Shown piece after piece: positions 11,725-23,790 of a stretch of 64,000 nt of DNA. Position 1 is the stretch's first letter; every line of letters begins with the position of its first letter. Position numbers and translations under genes: made by a program. The stretch lies in NCBI RefSeq assembly GCF_006345805.1, contig NC_043004.1, positions 46,562,001 through 46,626,000 of the forward strand, written 5' to 3'. The stretch comes from Octopus sinensis. Lineage: Eukaryota. The notes under the pieces were generated by a model. That model did not search any database. It saw only the letters and a list, made by a program, of their open reading frames with translations, and was not told where the DNA came from.

Positions 11725-13029
11725 GGCCTGTAGTAGAAGACTACCTGGAAAGGACGTGTACAATCAGCAGTACAAGATATAGTGCTTTGCTGGCCAGCAA
11801 TTTGCACCAAATATCAATGCCTAATGTCGAAGTAAGTTTTGTTGTTGCACGACAATACATGCCATCATACGGCCACTCAAACAGTTGAAACCGTTAACCA
11901 ATTTGGTTTTGGGGTGCTGGAAAACTCTGACTACAGTCCAGATCTCGCCCCTTCCGACAATCATATCTTTGGACTGCTCAAAGATGGTTTACGAGGTCGA
12001 TGAAGTTGTGATGAAAGCGGTGCATAAATTGTTGCACGACCAACCGAAAACCTTCTTAGAGGATATACGCAAGCTTGTGGATCACTGGACCAAGTGTATC
12101 GAAACGGAAGGAGACTATATAGAGAAATGATGTACTTGTTTATCCTCTGCTTTTCTGAATATGATTTGAAAAAAACAGGAGTGTGTATAATTTTTGACTC
12201 TCGCTCGTATTTCAATTGCAGTACTGTTTATAATGTTTTAGGGTAGAGTAGAGTAATATGTTGAGATTTTTATTTGACTGTACCGTCTAAATGAATTGTA
12301 GTAAATGTATCCCCTATCGGTTTAAAGGATGAATCTTCTATGAATTCGTTGAAAACAACTACTATTTAAAGAACCTTAGTGCAAGTGGATATTCCCCAGA
12401 GTTATATCGTGAATTCAAAGCTTCGGTAGAATCAGTGATACATATTGTGTCACGATCTGCTCTGTCAAATGTTGCTATAAATAAATCGCTGGACGTCCAC
12501 GAAGGTTCCGTCTCCCCTGTTTGCGACAAGGCTATAATATGTAGATAGGTTGTATTAATTGCAGTCGCTATACAAAATATGTTCTATCTGCCATATATAA
12601 TAATGAAAATATGTAATGATCTAAACAGATGGTACGATTTCACATTTCATCGGAAAAAAAAACGCTCATTACTGTAATATAACAATGTAGAATTGTATAT
12701 GAGTGTATTAAACCTAAATTAAGCTAAATCATTGCAAATTATAATGACGCATTTCTTCAGGTTTCACATTCATGCACCGGCCTTATTGATGGTATGTACA
12801 GTTAAAAAAATTATCATCAATATCATATCATACTGATTTCACGTTTTGGCACAAGACTTCGTGGGAGGAGTTAAGATACCTAATCTATACTTAACTTTCT
12901 CGTTATGTCTCTAGGTAAGCATTACTAAAAAGGTTATTCAACATATATAAATTCCAGTACCATGTGTGTTTGTTTACCCTTCAGCTGTTGAAGACTAAGC
13001 AGACCTTTAATCACCGTCATCCATTTTTC

Positions 13030-13190
13030 CGTCTCTACATTCTGAGCTGAAATAGCACCAGGATCGACTTTGCCTTTCATCCTTTCGGCGTCGATAAAAT
13101 AAATAACAGTTGAGTACTGAGTTGAATGCTATTGAGTAACCCCTCCACCAAAATTGCTGCCCTTGTGCCAGGATTTGAAAGAAGGTATGT
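13030..13190 (+). mobile_element. SINE family C, degenerate
   Basis: Contains GATCGACTTTGCCTTTCATCCTTTCGGCGTCGATAAAATAAA. Confidence 0.65.
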
Positions 13191-14681
13191 ATGAACAAAA
13201 ATCTCATTTCTTCAACATAATTTTCGGTTTCAAACCCATGTGAGAAATAAGTATGTAACACAGAATGTAATGTTGTAATACCTAACATTCTGTTTTAAAT
13301 AACCTATATATCTTAACCACCTTGTATATATTCGAAAGGTATTCATCAGAATATAAGCTACTCACTGACAAATAAACGTATTCTAAAAGACACTAGCAGA
13401 CATTTTTAGATCATATGCATATACAAATCCATACGCACATACGCCCTCTCTATCTCTCCCTCTCTCCGCCCTTCTCTTGCACACATTCACATGTGTGTAT
13501 TTGAATGTGTTTATAGCTTATACTGACAGTTACATTTTCAAGAATTACTTTCAGTTATATAGAGATGTAATTATACACACCAGTATTTCTATCTACATGT
13601 AGCAATCACGTCATAAGACAGAGCAAATATTGCAGTGAACACACACACACACACACTGGTACACTAGACACGAAGTCAAATATACACGCATACGTTTATA
13701 TAATCATTTCAGACATTATACACAAAAAACTTGAGACAGGAAAGAAGCGGTGTTTTTGTAGGTGTTAGAATTTTTACACACACATACATGCACACAGACA
13801 CCACACACACACATTGACTACACACATACATTGTTTCAAACTACCTTTATGCTTTGTAAAATATAGATCATAATCTCGCTTTAGATTCCAGTTTGGAATA
13901 TTCGCTACATATTTAAATAATGACTTATGAAAGTAGTGATAGATGTTCTTTAACTGTGTTTTGGTTTCATTGTCTACTAGGTGCCAAAATGCAGAAGATA
14001 TATGGATATATTACATTGTTCATTTATTTTCAAAGATGGCCGTCGTTATACAAGGCATCGTAGTTCTGAGATTATACTTTACACGTGCCTAACATTTCCA
14101 ATGAATGCAACGTGTGTAGCATCTAATATCATTTTCTTGTCATATCTTTTTTGTTATAGAAATATCGAAAAAGCTGTCCTTTGAATGTTTGATAAAAGAT
14201 CAAGCTCTCCCAGCGATTTCTCATGCGGTGTATTTCATGATTGCATGCTTTCAAACTGACTTCTTTCAGTCAAGTTTCAGCGGCGGAACGTGTTTGTTTA
14301 AGCAATTTTCGCTGTTAGTGAACTATTTAAATCTATTCTGATAAAACATCGTTTTTAATTACTTCTGCTAAGGGGGAAGCAATTTTTCATTTAGAAATAT
14401 ATCGGTTTTCTAGTACGATGAACAAAACTAAATGGTAGCCTGGAGTTAGATTTCGTAGACAAAAAGAGCTAGTTATTATGAAAGCCAGCGCTGTTATATC
14501 ACGGTACAATGGAATTCACAATACATAGGCGCAAAGTATAGATTAAATCAACTTCAAAGAAGTCTTTGTCAAATAAATACAATAGGAGCTGTTCTCAATT
14601 TTACCAGACGTCTTCCGTTTCTCCTTCAATCTGCCTCTCTCTCTGTTTATCTGTCAGTCTGTCTCTCTCTCTCTCTGTTTG

Positions 14682-14715
<34 letters not shown>

Positions 14716-15237
14716 TCGTTCTCCTACTCATGCACACACATATTTAAACCTCTGATACAATTACACCCAAATGCACCGACCTACGCATTTGCAAATGTGT
14801 ATTTGTATGCATACAAGTATATACGGATGAATGTATGTGTATATCATTACGTGTGTGTCTATATGTTATTTGAGCATGTATATGTATAATAGCCACATAT
14901 GCATTATAAATTATAAACTTTTTTTTACGGACATCCGTAATCCATTGCATTTGATTCGTTCACCAAATTCGTTGATAGAGAGATGGCTTTGGGAAAGGAT
15001 ATCAATTTATGGCATTCACAATTCCAAATGCATAAAAGTGAACTTCGCAGTCTTGAAAATTAATCGTTCAGCAAGTTAGATTCACGTTGGTGAATCTGAT
15101 TTCTACTATGTACCATGCAGCACAAATACTGAGTAGAGAGAAAGAGTTTATAAAATGTTTCTATATTACTATCGATATTTGAACGTGAAAAAAATTTACA
15201 CATAACACAAAATGTGTCTGTCTAGTTCTGCCTGTCT

Positions 15238-15238
15238 G

Positions 15239-15325
<87 letters not shown>
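15238..15325. repeat. (TATC)n microsatellite
   Basis: Direct reading. Confidence 0.95.
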
Positions 15326-15879
15326 CTCCATCTGTCTGTCTGTCTCTATCTCTCTGTCTGCCTGTTTGTCTGTCTTTCTGTGTCGCTCTTTTGATCTCTC
15401 TATTTCTCTACTTATTTGTGTATATGTATGTCTGTCTGTTTGTGTATGTGCGTGCGAGCATACACACTCATCCACACACACACACACACACGTATGTATG
15501 TATGCATGTATGTATGTATGTATGTTTGTGTGTATGTATGTATGTATGTATGCATGCATGCAATAACTGATGTCACAACTAGACAGCGGGCCTATTAAAC
15601 ATAATTATAAGCAATGGATGCTGTATTACTATCAAAAGGAACTGTTTTTCTATATATTGTATGCAGCAAGATTTGGTGTTTTTGCAGTCATCAGACATCT
15701 TCCACACACGAAGCGCAGTATGTTGAACTCACGTTTCCTGGTAGATCTGGCAACCAACCATGTGATCCTTGTCTGCTAAGATATGTCTGCTGTATTTTTA
15801 TACACCACCTGTCTATATGAGAGGACCTCTAAAGGTGTATACTGCAATTATACGGAGTTTCTTTCACAATTTCTGGTAT

Positions 15880-15940
15880 ATTCTACTGATGATGGTAAAG
15901 TAATTTGTATTATTAAACCAGAAATCGACCGTTCCAGAAT
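15880..15940 (+). ncRNA. Degenerate type I hammerhead motif
   Basis: ATTCTA CTGATGA TGGT...ACCA GAAA TCGACCG TTC CAGAAT: core and stem II intact, mismatches in stems I and III. Confidence 0.5.
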
Positions 15941-16527
15941 TAACCTCAGAATTTTACCAAATCTCTTTTATCCATTTGCACGCTTTCAGGTTATATTAAT
16001 GGAGTGTAATTTGAAGTGGTTTTTAGACGTCTATCTCTAGCGGGTAGGTATTGGTCCTCAGTACCCTAAATTATTAATATATCTATATGATTATATATTA
16101 ATATCAATATTTACTTATATGGTTTTTACTAAATGCTACATGGTGGCCACTCATAAGATCGGTAATTGATTTTATCCTTAATTATGCACACATAAGAGCT
16201 GCCAGCCATCTCATGAAACGGCTGTTAATTTGTGAATGAGACGTAATGGATACATATTCGTGAGTCTTTATCTCAAGGGCGAAGTACAAAATAATGTCGG
16301 TCAATTTCAAATAAGATAAACAAAGCAACACAATGCATTAGTGCGCACGAACACGGTTAGGGAAATGTAAGAAGTTGTAAACTAAGTTATTTCACAAATA
16401 GTTCCTGAAGCGAGAGAATATAGGAAATGCTGGTAGATATACGGAAAATTATGTATTCTAGAAAAATGACTAGCAGAAAACATGGGAGGATTAGAAGGAA
16501 ATTATTCTTATGGAGTTAAAAGAAAAA

Positions 16528-16574
<47 letters not shown>

Positions 16575-17817
16575 CTTGGGGGAGAAATAGAGGTGTTAGA
16601 AGTGGGTAAATAAATAAGTACTACAGTGTTATTTTGGGTTATGCATTACAATTGGAAGGACTTATGCAAAAACGATGAGAACTTATAGAACACACATAAC
16701 ATCACAAACGGCACAAACGTTACAAAAGGAAAATTGCCTGTATCATTTCTTTGTTGATAAAAATAATCCTATTCCTACTGCGTAATCTCGAGAAGCTTCA
16801 ATAAGTTAGTAAGGAAGCCTGATTTTGTAATGCTGTTGAAACTCGTCCAAATGTGTAGCTTATAATGCCGCATCATAAGAATAGCCATAAAGAAGCATGG
16901 TACAGGTCCATTCATCATTTTCTATTGGGAAGTGATTTTCATTAAATGCTATTAATACTTTTCGTCAAGATTAGAACGAGGTTTTGTTAAAGAACCGTTT
17001 TAATCGTTTTCCTCTTAATTACTTTACACATTTTATGTGACACAAAATTGTGAAAATCACAAGCGAACACAGAAGCGCAATTATACTTGTTAAATAACAT
17101 GTAAGTACATTAGATTTATATGATCAGATTAAACTGTATTTCAGTTGTAAATTAGCTATTTTATAATTATACATTATTTAATCGTGTTGAATAATATATC
17201 TCACAACTTATTGCTTTTGACGTCATGTCTTTCTCCATAAATTTTAACCTTGGAGATAACTTTAAAAGCGAAAATTAGTTTCCTTTCCATAAGAGTATTA
17301 ATCGTCTAAACAAAATGTTTTATTCGCTGTTTAATTTTGGTTATATTTTTGTCAGGTCACAAGCACTTTTCGTATGGCAGAGACAAGTGCTATGGAATTT
17401 TTCGCTTAAGCAATAGCTGAAGTAACGTGGTTCATTTATCTCGCAGAAAACTACTTTAAAATCCTTAAAAATAGCATCCATGTAAAGAATACTCGTTTAC
17501 TTTGTAATTCTAAGAAAGTTGTTTCCTAGAAACATTCAAAAGTGATTACCAGCCTAATGCGGGATTTACTCATATGTATGGCTTTATTGTACGATGCATA
17601 AACTGATTCAAATAATTTAATAAATGAAGTTAGCAACAACACTTTATAGCCCTGTGTCAAAATCATATATTTGCCCACATCAAAGTACTGCCACAGGCAA
17701 ATCGTGCGCAGTTAATCATAATTCACTTAAAGTAAAAACACAAACATTGCATTATATTCTTCATTTCAAAAACCCGAAGGAAGCTTTGCTTCGAATATCG
17801 CTATACTCAGAGAATAC

Positions 17818-17929
17818 TACAACTACCAACACCACCACCACAACTACCACCAACACCGCCACTACTACTACAATTGTTACTACTACTGCTGCTAGGACTA
17901 CAACTACTACTACTACTACTAATAATAAT

Positions 17930-17998
<69 letters not shown>
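17818..17998. repeat. Compound (ACT/ACC)n-(AAT)n microsatellite
   Basis: Direct reading; it explains the T/N-rich ORF 17624-18010. Confidence 0.95.
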
Positions 17999-18181
17999 CC
18001 TTTCTACTAAAGGCGCACTAAAGTGGGAGGACACTAGTCAATTACATTGATCCCAGTGTTTCATTGGTACTTAATTTATCGACCTCTAAACGATGATAGG
18101 CAAAGTCGACCTCGGCAGAATTTGAACTTAGTACGTAAAGACGAATGCCGCTAAGCATTTTGCCTGGCGTGGTAAGGATTC
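17999..18181 (-). mobile_element. SINE family C, diverged, alternative tail
   Basis: Contains TTTATCGACC...GGCAAAGTCGACCTCGGCAGAATTTGAACT. Confidence 0.8.
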
Positions 18182-18692
18182 GGAATCGATAAAATAATTA
18201 TAAGTTGAGCACTGGGGGCAATGTAATTACCTTACTTCTAACACCGAAATTTCTGGCCTTGTGCTAAAATTTGAAATCAATATGTATTTGCATCATGTAA
18301 TACACTTTATGTGAGACATTTATTTTTACATATGCAATATCTTTTTTTTTTAAATCTGTGTTTCAATATATTGCTCAATTCCTTTGGAAAACCGATATTG
18401 ACTAGTAGGTGTCTTATTCTGTACTAGTTTAAAAACCACATTCCGTGCTGGCTTTTAGGTTAGCTTCTGCGTAGGGCTAATCGCGCCTTCAGCCCAAAAC
18501 TAAAGGGAGCTAAATAGCATGACTATGATACGTCTATAATGACTATATGTACCGGTTGTGTTTGATCAGAGGTTAAGGCCAGATGAGAATTAATACAGTA
18601 ATCCAGTCATTCATTTTTTCCATCTCATCATTCGTAAAATTAACAAAGCGAATGTCATTTATCTCCCCCTTTATCTTTGACGACATCTCACA

Positions 18693-18928
18693 ACCTATTT
18701 CTTTACTACCCTCAAGGGGCTAAACACAGAGGGAACAAACAAGGACAGACAAACGGATTAAGCCGATTATATTGACCCCAGTGCATAACTGGTACTTATT
18801 TAATCGAACCCGAAAGAATGAAAAGCAAAGTCGACCTCGGCGGAATTTGAACTCAGAACGTAACGGCAGACGAAATACGGCTACGCACTTAGCTCGGTGT
18901 GCTAGCGTTTCTGCAAGCTCGTCGCCTT
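18693..18928 (-). mobile_element. SINE family C, full length
   Basis: Reverse complement matches 6690-6904 plus the complete head AAGGCGACGAGCTTGCAG. Confidence 0.9.
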
Positions 18929-18964
18929 CCTCACAACCGCCAACCAAAATAGTAGATTCAACAG

Positions 18965-19305
18965 ATTATGTTAAAAGGTTTGCTTCCCAACCATAAGGTT
19001 CTGGTTTAAGTCCCGATGCATGGAAATCTAGACAAGTCTTTAATTATAATTCTATTATAATTCTGGATTAAACGAAGCGTCTTGAGTAGATTTTGTAGAC
19101 GGAGACTGAAAAGAAGCTCGTCGTGTATATGTCTATATCAATGTACGTGTGTGTTTCTGCACTTGTGTGTGTCTCTCACCACCGCCTGACAATCGATGTC
19201 AGTTTGTTTACGGACTTAGCAGCTTGAGAAAACGACCGATGAAATAAAAATCAGACTGAAAAAGAAACTGAAGTACTGATGTCGATTTTCCCCCTAAACC
19301 TTTCC
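18965..19305 (+). mobile_element. SINE family A, strongly degenerate
   Basis: Patches such as TAGATTTTGTAGACGGAGACTGAAAAGAAGCTCGTCGTG match family A. Confidence 0.6.
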
Positions 19306-19350
19306 AGATGGCGTGGAGGCACATGACGTAGTGAAGAGAGCAGCGGACTC

Positions 19351-19568
19351 CACCCCGCTGGCTAAGCAAGCAGGCCAACAGAAGTAAGAGCGAGGGAAAG
19401 TTGGAGCAAAAGAGTACAGCAGGGATCTCCACCACTCCCTGGCGGAGCCTGGTGGATCTTTAGGTGTTTTCACTCAATAAACACTCACAACGCCTGGTCT
19501 GGGAATCGAAATCGCGATCAAACGACCGCGTGCCTGCTGCCCTAACCACTGGGCTATTGCGCCTCCAC
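19351..19568 (-). mobile_element. SINE family B, preceded by an inverted 38-nt head fragment (19313-19350, +)
   Basis: Matches 2466-2764. Confidence 0.85.
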
Positions 19569-20030
19569 ACATGTCTGTATATATACTTACCAAAATTATA
19601 TATCTTGGTGCGCCTGAAAGTGTCTCATAATATTCTAAAGACCATTGTACCTCAATTCAGTATTAAATCATATTTTATCTTATGGATAATTTGCAAAGAT
19701 ATCTAATGCGATATAATTTCCCGTCGAGTGCAGAAAGGAAATTAATATTGGCATAAACAACTTTATCTATCGGTATCTCTACAATTAAACGTCATCAAAT
19801 ATGTATCAATAAATCTAATAACTAAATGTTACTAATCACTTATTTTTCAATGGATAGTTGCCAGCAGTGTATTACTGAACTTGCAACACTTGTTTATTTA
19901 GTAATCACAAACAAATTTTGTCGTCTGCTTTTCAGTAATTATTATACTGAAACCTTTAATTATATGATATGATATAGTTTGTTATTGTAAACAGTATTTA
20001 TTTTTAACATTATATATATATATATATATA

Positions 20031-20128
<98 letters not shown>

Positions 20129-20619
20129 CTAAGTTAAGTGACGTTTTCGAATGTATTTTTCATCACATTCGGAAAATCAATAAAGAGCTATAACGCTATT
20201 TTAAAATATATTATATTTTCATTAGCTAGATATTCAACGCAAATATGTGCGTAGGTATTTTATTATTGTTGTTCCCTTTGCTCTGCAGAATTCTCGAAAT
20301 ATAACCATCTCTCGAAAGTTAGTAAATATATTCAATTAATGTTTGTTTCATTTGTAGGATATTTAATCTGTAAGCATTGAAACATATGCTGTTTACATTG
20401 TTCATTCTAGAAGTTTGTAGACTTTTTCAGAGAAACAAGCATAACTGTCGTGAATTATTGCAATTTTAGGATATCATTTATATGTCTCAATAAGCTGACC
20501 TGGCAACTTTTATTCCAGATTAAAGGAGGCAGCTTTAACGGCACTTTGAAAACTCCCAACTAAACACTACTTCTTACAGGTGATCAGTTTGCAGAAAGTA
20601 GACGGAACAGGTAAGTAAT

Positions 20620-21150
20620 TTGAAAGATTCGTGTTTAACTGAATAAAAACGCTACAGAAACTAATAAAATGCTCCAGAATTCTTATGGATTATCTTCTAT
20701 GAGTTTTCGAGTTTTCGATGTTAGATGGCAATCGAGGCTTTTGTTAAGAGCATGGGAATCAATTTTTCCCAGCAATGACAACATCTACAACCACAGGCTT
20801 CCTCAGGCCAGGTGGTCAACAAAGAGTATCTTGTGGAGGTTTTGAGGGCGTTTAAGAAGAAATTTCATTGTAAAAGGCTAAAGCAACCGTACAAGTAGTT
20901 CTAGCAGGAAGGAATTATGGACACTGTACCGCATGTTCCTTCTAAGTCACCAACTACTTGACAGAGATTGGCATCAAACATTTCCGTCACCGACCCTACA
21001 ATCCACATTTTGCAACCTGTGGCTTGGTGCTGTTTCCTATGTGAAACAGAAGATGAAGGTGGCTGTGACAGGGTGCATAGACACTTTCACTTTAGAAGGA
21101 TTCCATGGGGCCTTCACAAGCAGGCTGGACGCTACAATTCATTGAATGCA
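20620..21150 (+). mobile_element. Internally deleted mariner transposase remnant
   Basis: Translates in pieces to ATETNKMLQNSYG, GQVVNKEYLVEVL, VTNYLTEIGIK..HRPYNPHFATC (YSPDLAP region) and TFTLEGFHGAF. Confidence 0.8.
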
Positions 21151-21479
21151 GACATTCCTACTTTGAAGATTAGAATTTTCTACTCCTTTGAAATCAATAA
21201 ATGCCACCACTGAAACTATAAAATTTCTTTGATGCACCTTGTAATTAATGCGTGCAATTAATTCACTGGCATGTTAATTTCTTTAATAAACTATGATAGA
21301 CATTTGCAGAGCATGGGATTGTCAGAAAAAGTAACGTGAAATGTACCTGAAAAATGCATTTAGCTAAAGTAGATTTTTTTACCAAGAAGTATTACTGTAA
21401 CTTAACAAAGAAGTTACGCAATTCTCCTATGATAAATCATTAAAGTTTTCATCCAACTTTATGTTATATATACATACAT

Positions 21480-21511
<32 letters not shown>

Positions 21512-21719
21512 GCATATATATGTATGTGTGTGCGTATATATATAGCAAAGTTATACATACATATATAGTTATAAATTCATTTATATATATATGTATATAT
21601 GTATATGTATATATGCATACATATATATGCATATATATATACACATATATATATATACAAACTCACGCAAAGGTTATTTCTTACACTCAATTTTTCCCCG
21701 TTCCCTCCTCTATATAACG

Positions 21720-21802
<83 letters not shown>

Positions 21803-22366
21803 ATATATATGCATATATATGTATGTGTGTGCGTATATATATATATATATATTATATATATATATAAACACACATATATGTACAATATATATATATGTGT
21901 GTGTCTTTCTATATGTATACATATACATATGCATATATAGATGTACGCACTTATATATCGGATATACCCGTTCTTCACGTAGTAAAAAGTAACACCAAAT
22001 ATTTATAAATGTGCATTACCTTATTTCGTAAACTAGGAAAATTCAGGAATGCTTACTTCGAACGAACTGTGATAAACGACACCTTGTACATATTATATGA
22101 AAGCAATGATCGATTCGAGGTTTATAATTTTCCTTTTTAAACCAGTATAAATCTTCTCATGAATATTCCATCGTTAAAAATATTTGTCAAATGCTGAGGA
22201 AAACATATTCAGGAATAAAATTATTTGCAATGCCATTCACATTCATTATAACACAGAAGGGATATTAGTGCCACGAGATATATCGTTGTCCACAACTCTG
22301 TCTTTCTATAACGTGGTCATACATCATATTGTCTGTATTTTTTAAGTATAGGCGTGCGTCTGTGCT

Positions 22367-22415
<49 letters not shown>

Positions 22416-23283
22416 AAGTGAAAAACAGAGAGAGAGAGTCAGAGAGATAGAGACAGAGACAGAGAGACAGGCAGGGAGAGAGAGAAAGCGATAAATAGAT
22501 AGATAGCTAGATAGATAGACAGATAGATTTATTGATTGAAAAATAGGTATATAGATAGAAAGTTAGACAGAGAGAAAGAAAGAAGGAAAGATATAGGTTT
22601 CACTTACCAAAATTACATAACGATTCCAACATTAAATACACACACACGCACACATACACAAACACGGACACACGTACACACAGAGACAAACACTCAGATA
22701 CACAGATATATACATACATATATATATAAATATATATATATGTGTGTGTCTGTGTGACTGTGTTTGTGTATTGTGTGTGTGTGTGTATTTAATGTTGGAC
22801 TCGTTATGAAATGTAATTTTGGTAATTGAAACCTATGTCTTTCCTTCCTTCTTTCTCTCTGTCTAACTTTAATGCCTTTGTATTTAATGCATGTAATTAA
22901 TTCACGTATATAAAATTGTATGATTAATGATTAATTATAATAGAGGGTAACGAAGTACCAGCTTTCTAGAAATAAGAGTTAAAATACTCAAACAAGCCAC
23001 TAAACCCACTGTAAATCATAATAAACCAACCGGGCAAACGAACAGAGAAAATTTAACATTTTAATTCACCTGAAAGCTGAAGAATTTGGTTATAACTATA
23101 CCTGTATCCTGATTTCGAATTCTGGATTACTCCTGAATTCACTTCAGCAGCTCTTGCTAAATACTTAGTGTTAAAATCCTACTCATCTCGTTGTGCCCGT
23201 TGAAAGTTGAACAGGCTCGCGCCAAGATCAAAACAAGTTCAGTGCTTAAATTTACGATAAAGGAGTAGATATTTAAATGAATA

Positions 23284-23443
23284 TCTTCTTCTTCTTCTTC
23301 TTCTTCTTCTTCTCTCTTCTTCTTCTTCTTCTTCTTCTTCTTCTTCTTCTTCTTCTTCTTCTTCTTCTCTTCTTCTCCACCCTTCCCATCCCCATCCTTT
23401 CCCCCTCCTCCGTCTTCTTCTTCTTCTTCTTCTTCTCCTTCTT

Positions 23444-23521
<78 letters not shown>

Positions 23522-23530
23522 GCAATAAAT
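23284..23530. repeat. (TTC)n plus (TTA)n microsatellite block
   Basis: Direct reading; it explains the poly-R/E and poly-F ORFs. Confidence 0.95.
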
Positions 23531-23719
23531 ATATAAATAATATTAGTTGTCAACTGTTATATGGCTAATCAATAAAATATTATATTTAATAAATAATCAT
23601 AATACCAGTTACACGAAGTACCATCTTGCTAGAGATAAGAGTTAAAATACACAACTACCAAACTCTATGAAAATCATATTTAGTTCGCTGTTCACCGCTT
23701 AAGGGACCCAACGAGGTGA

Positions 23720-23790
<71 letters not shown>

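Larger units (their letters stand above)
10534..12130 (+). pseudogene. Mariner DD34D-type transposase pseudogene (fragmented)
   Basis: ORF fragments 10534-10791, 11086-11385, about 11718-11900 and 11885-12130 carry mariner motifs in order, with frameshifts and stops. Confidence 0.9.
10374..12207 (+). mobile_element. Decayed full-length mariner transposon, interrupted by a SINE and an inverted insertion
   Basis: TA flanks at 10372-10373 and 12208-12209; 27-bp TIRs with about 6 mismatches. Transposase pieces EQRAVVRFLW, GFHKVCARW, VTGYQTWVHHY, YSPDLAPSD and GLLKDGL, and C-terminal WTKCIETEGDYIEK. Confidence 0.95.

Noticed and set aside
23040-23230. Possible small exon on the minus strand (AG...CAG|GTATAG)
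   Set aside because: Short, with no recognisable protein motif and no partner exons.
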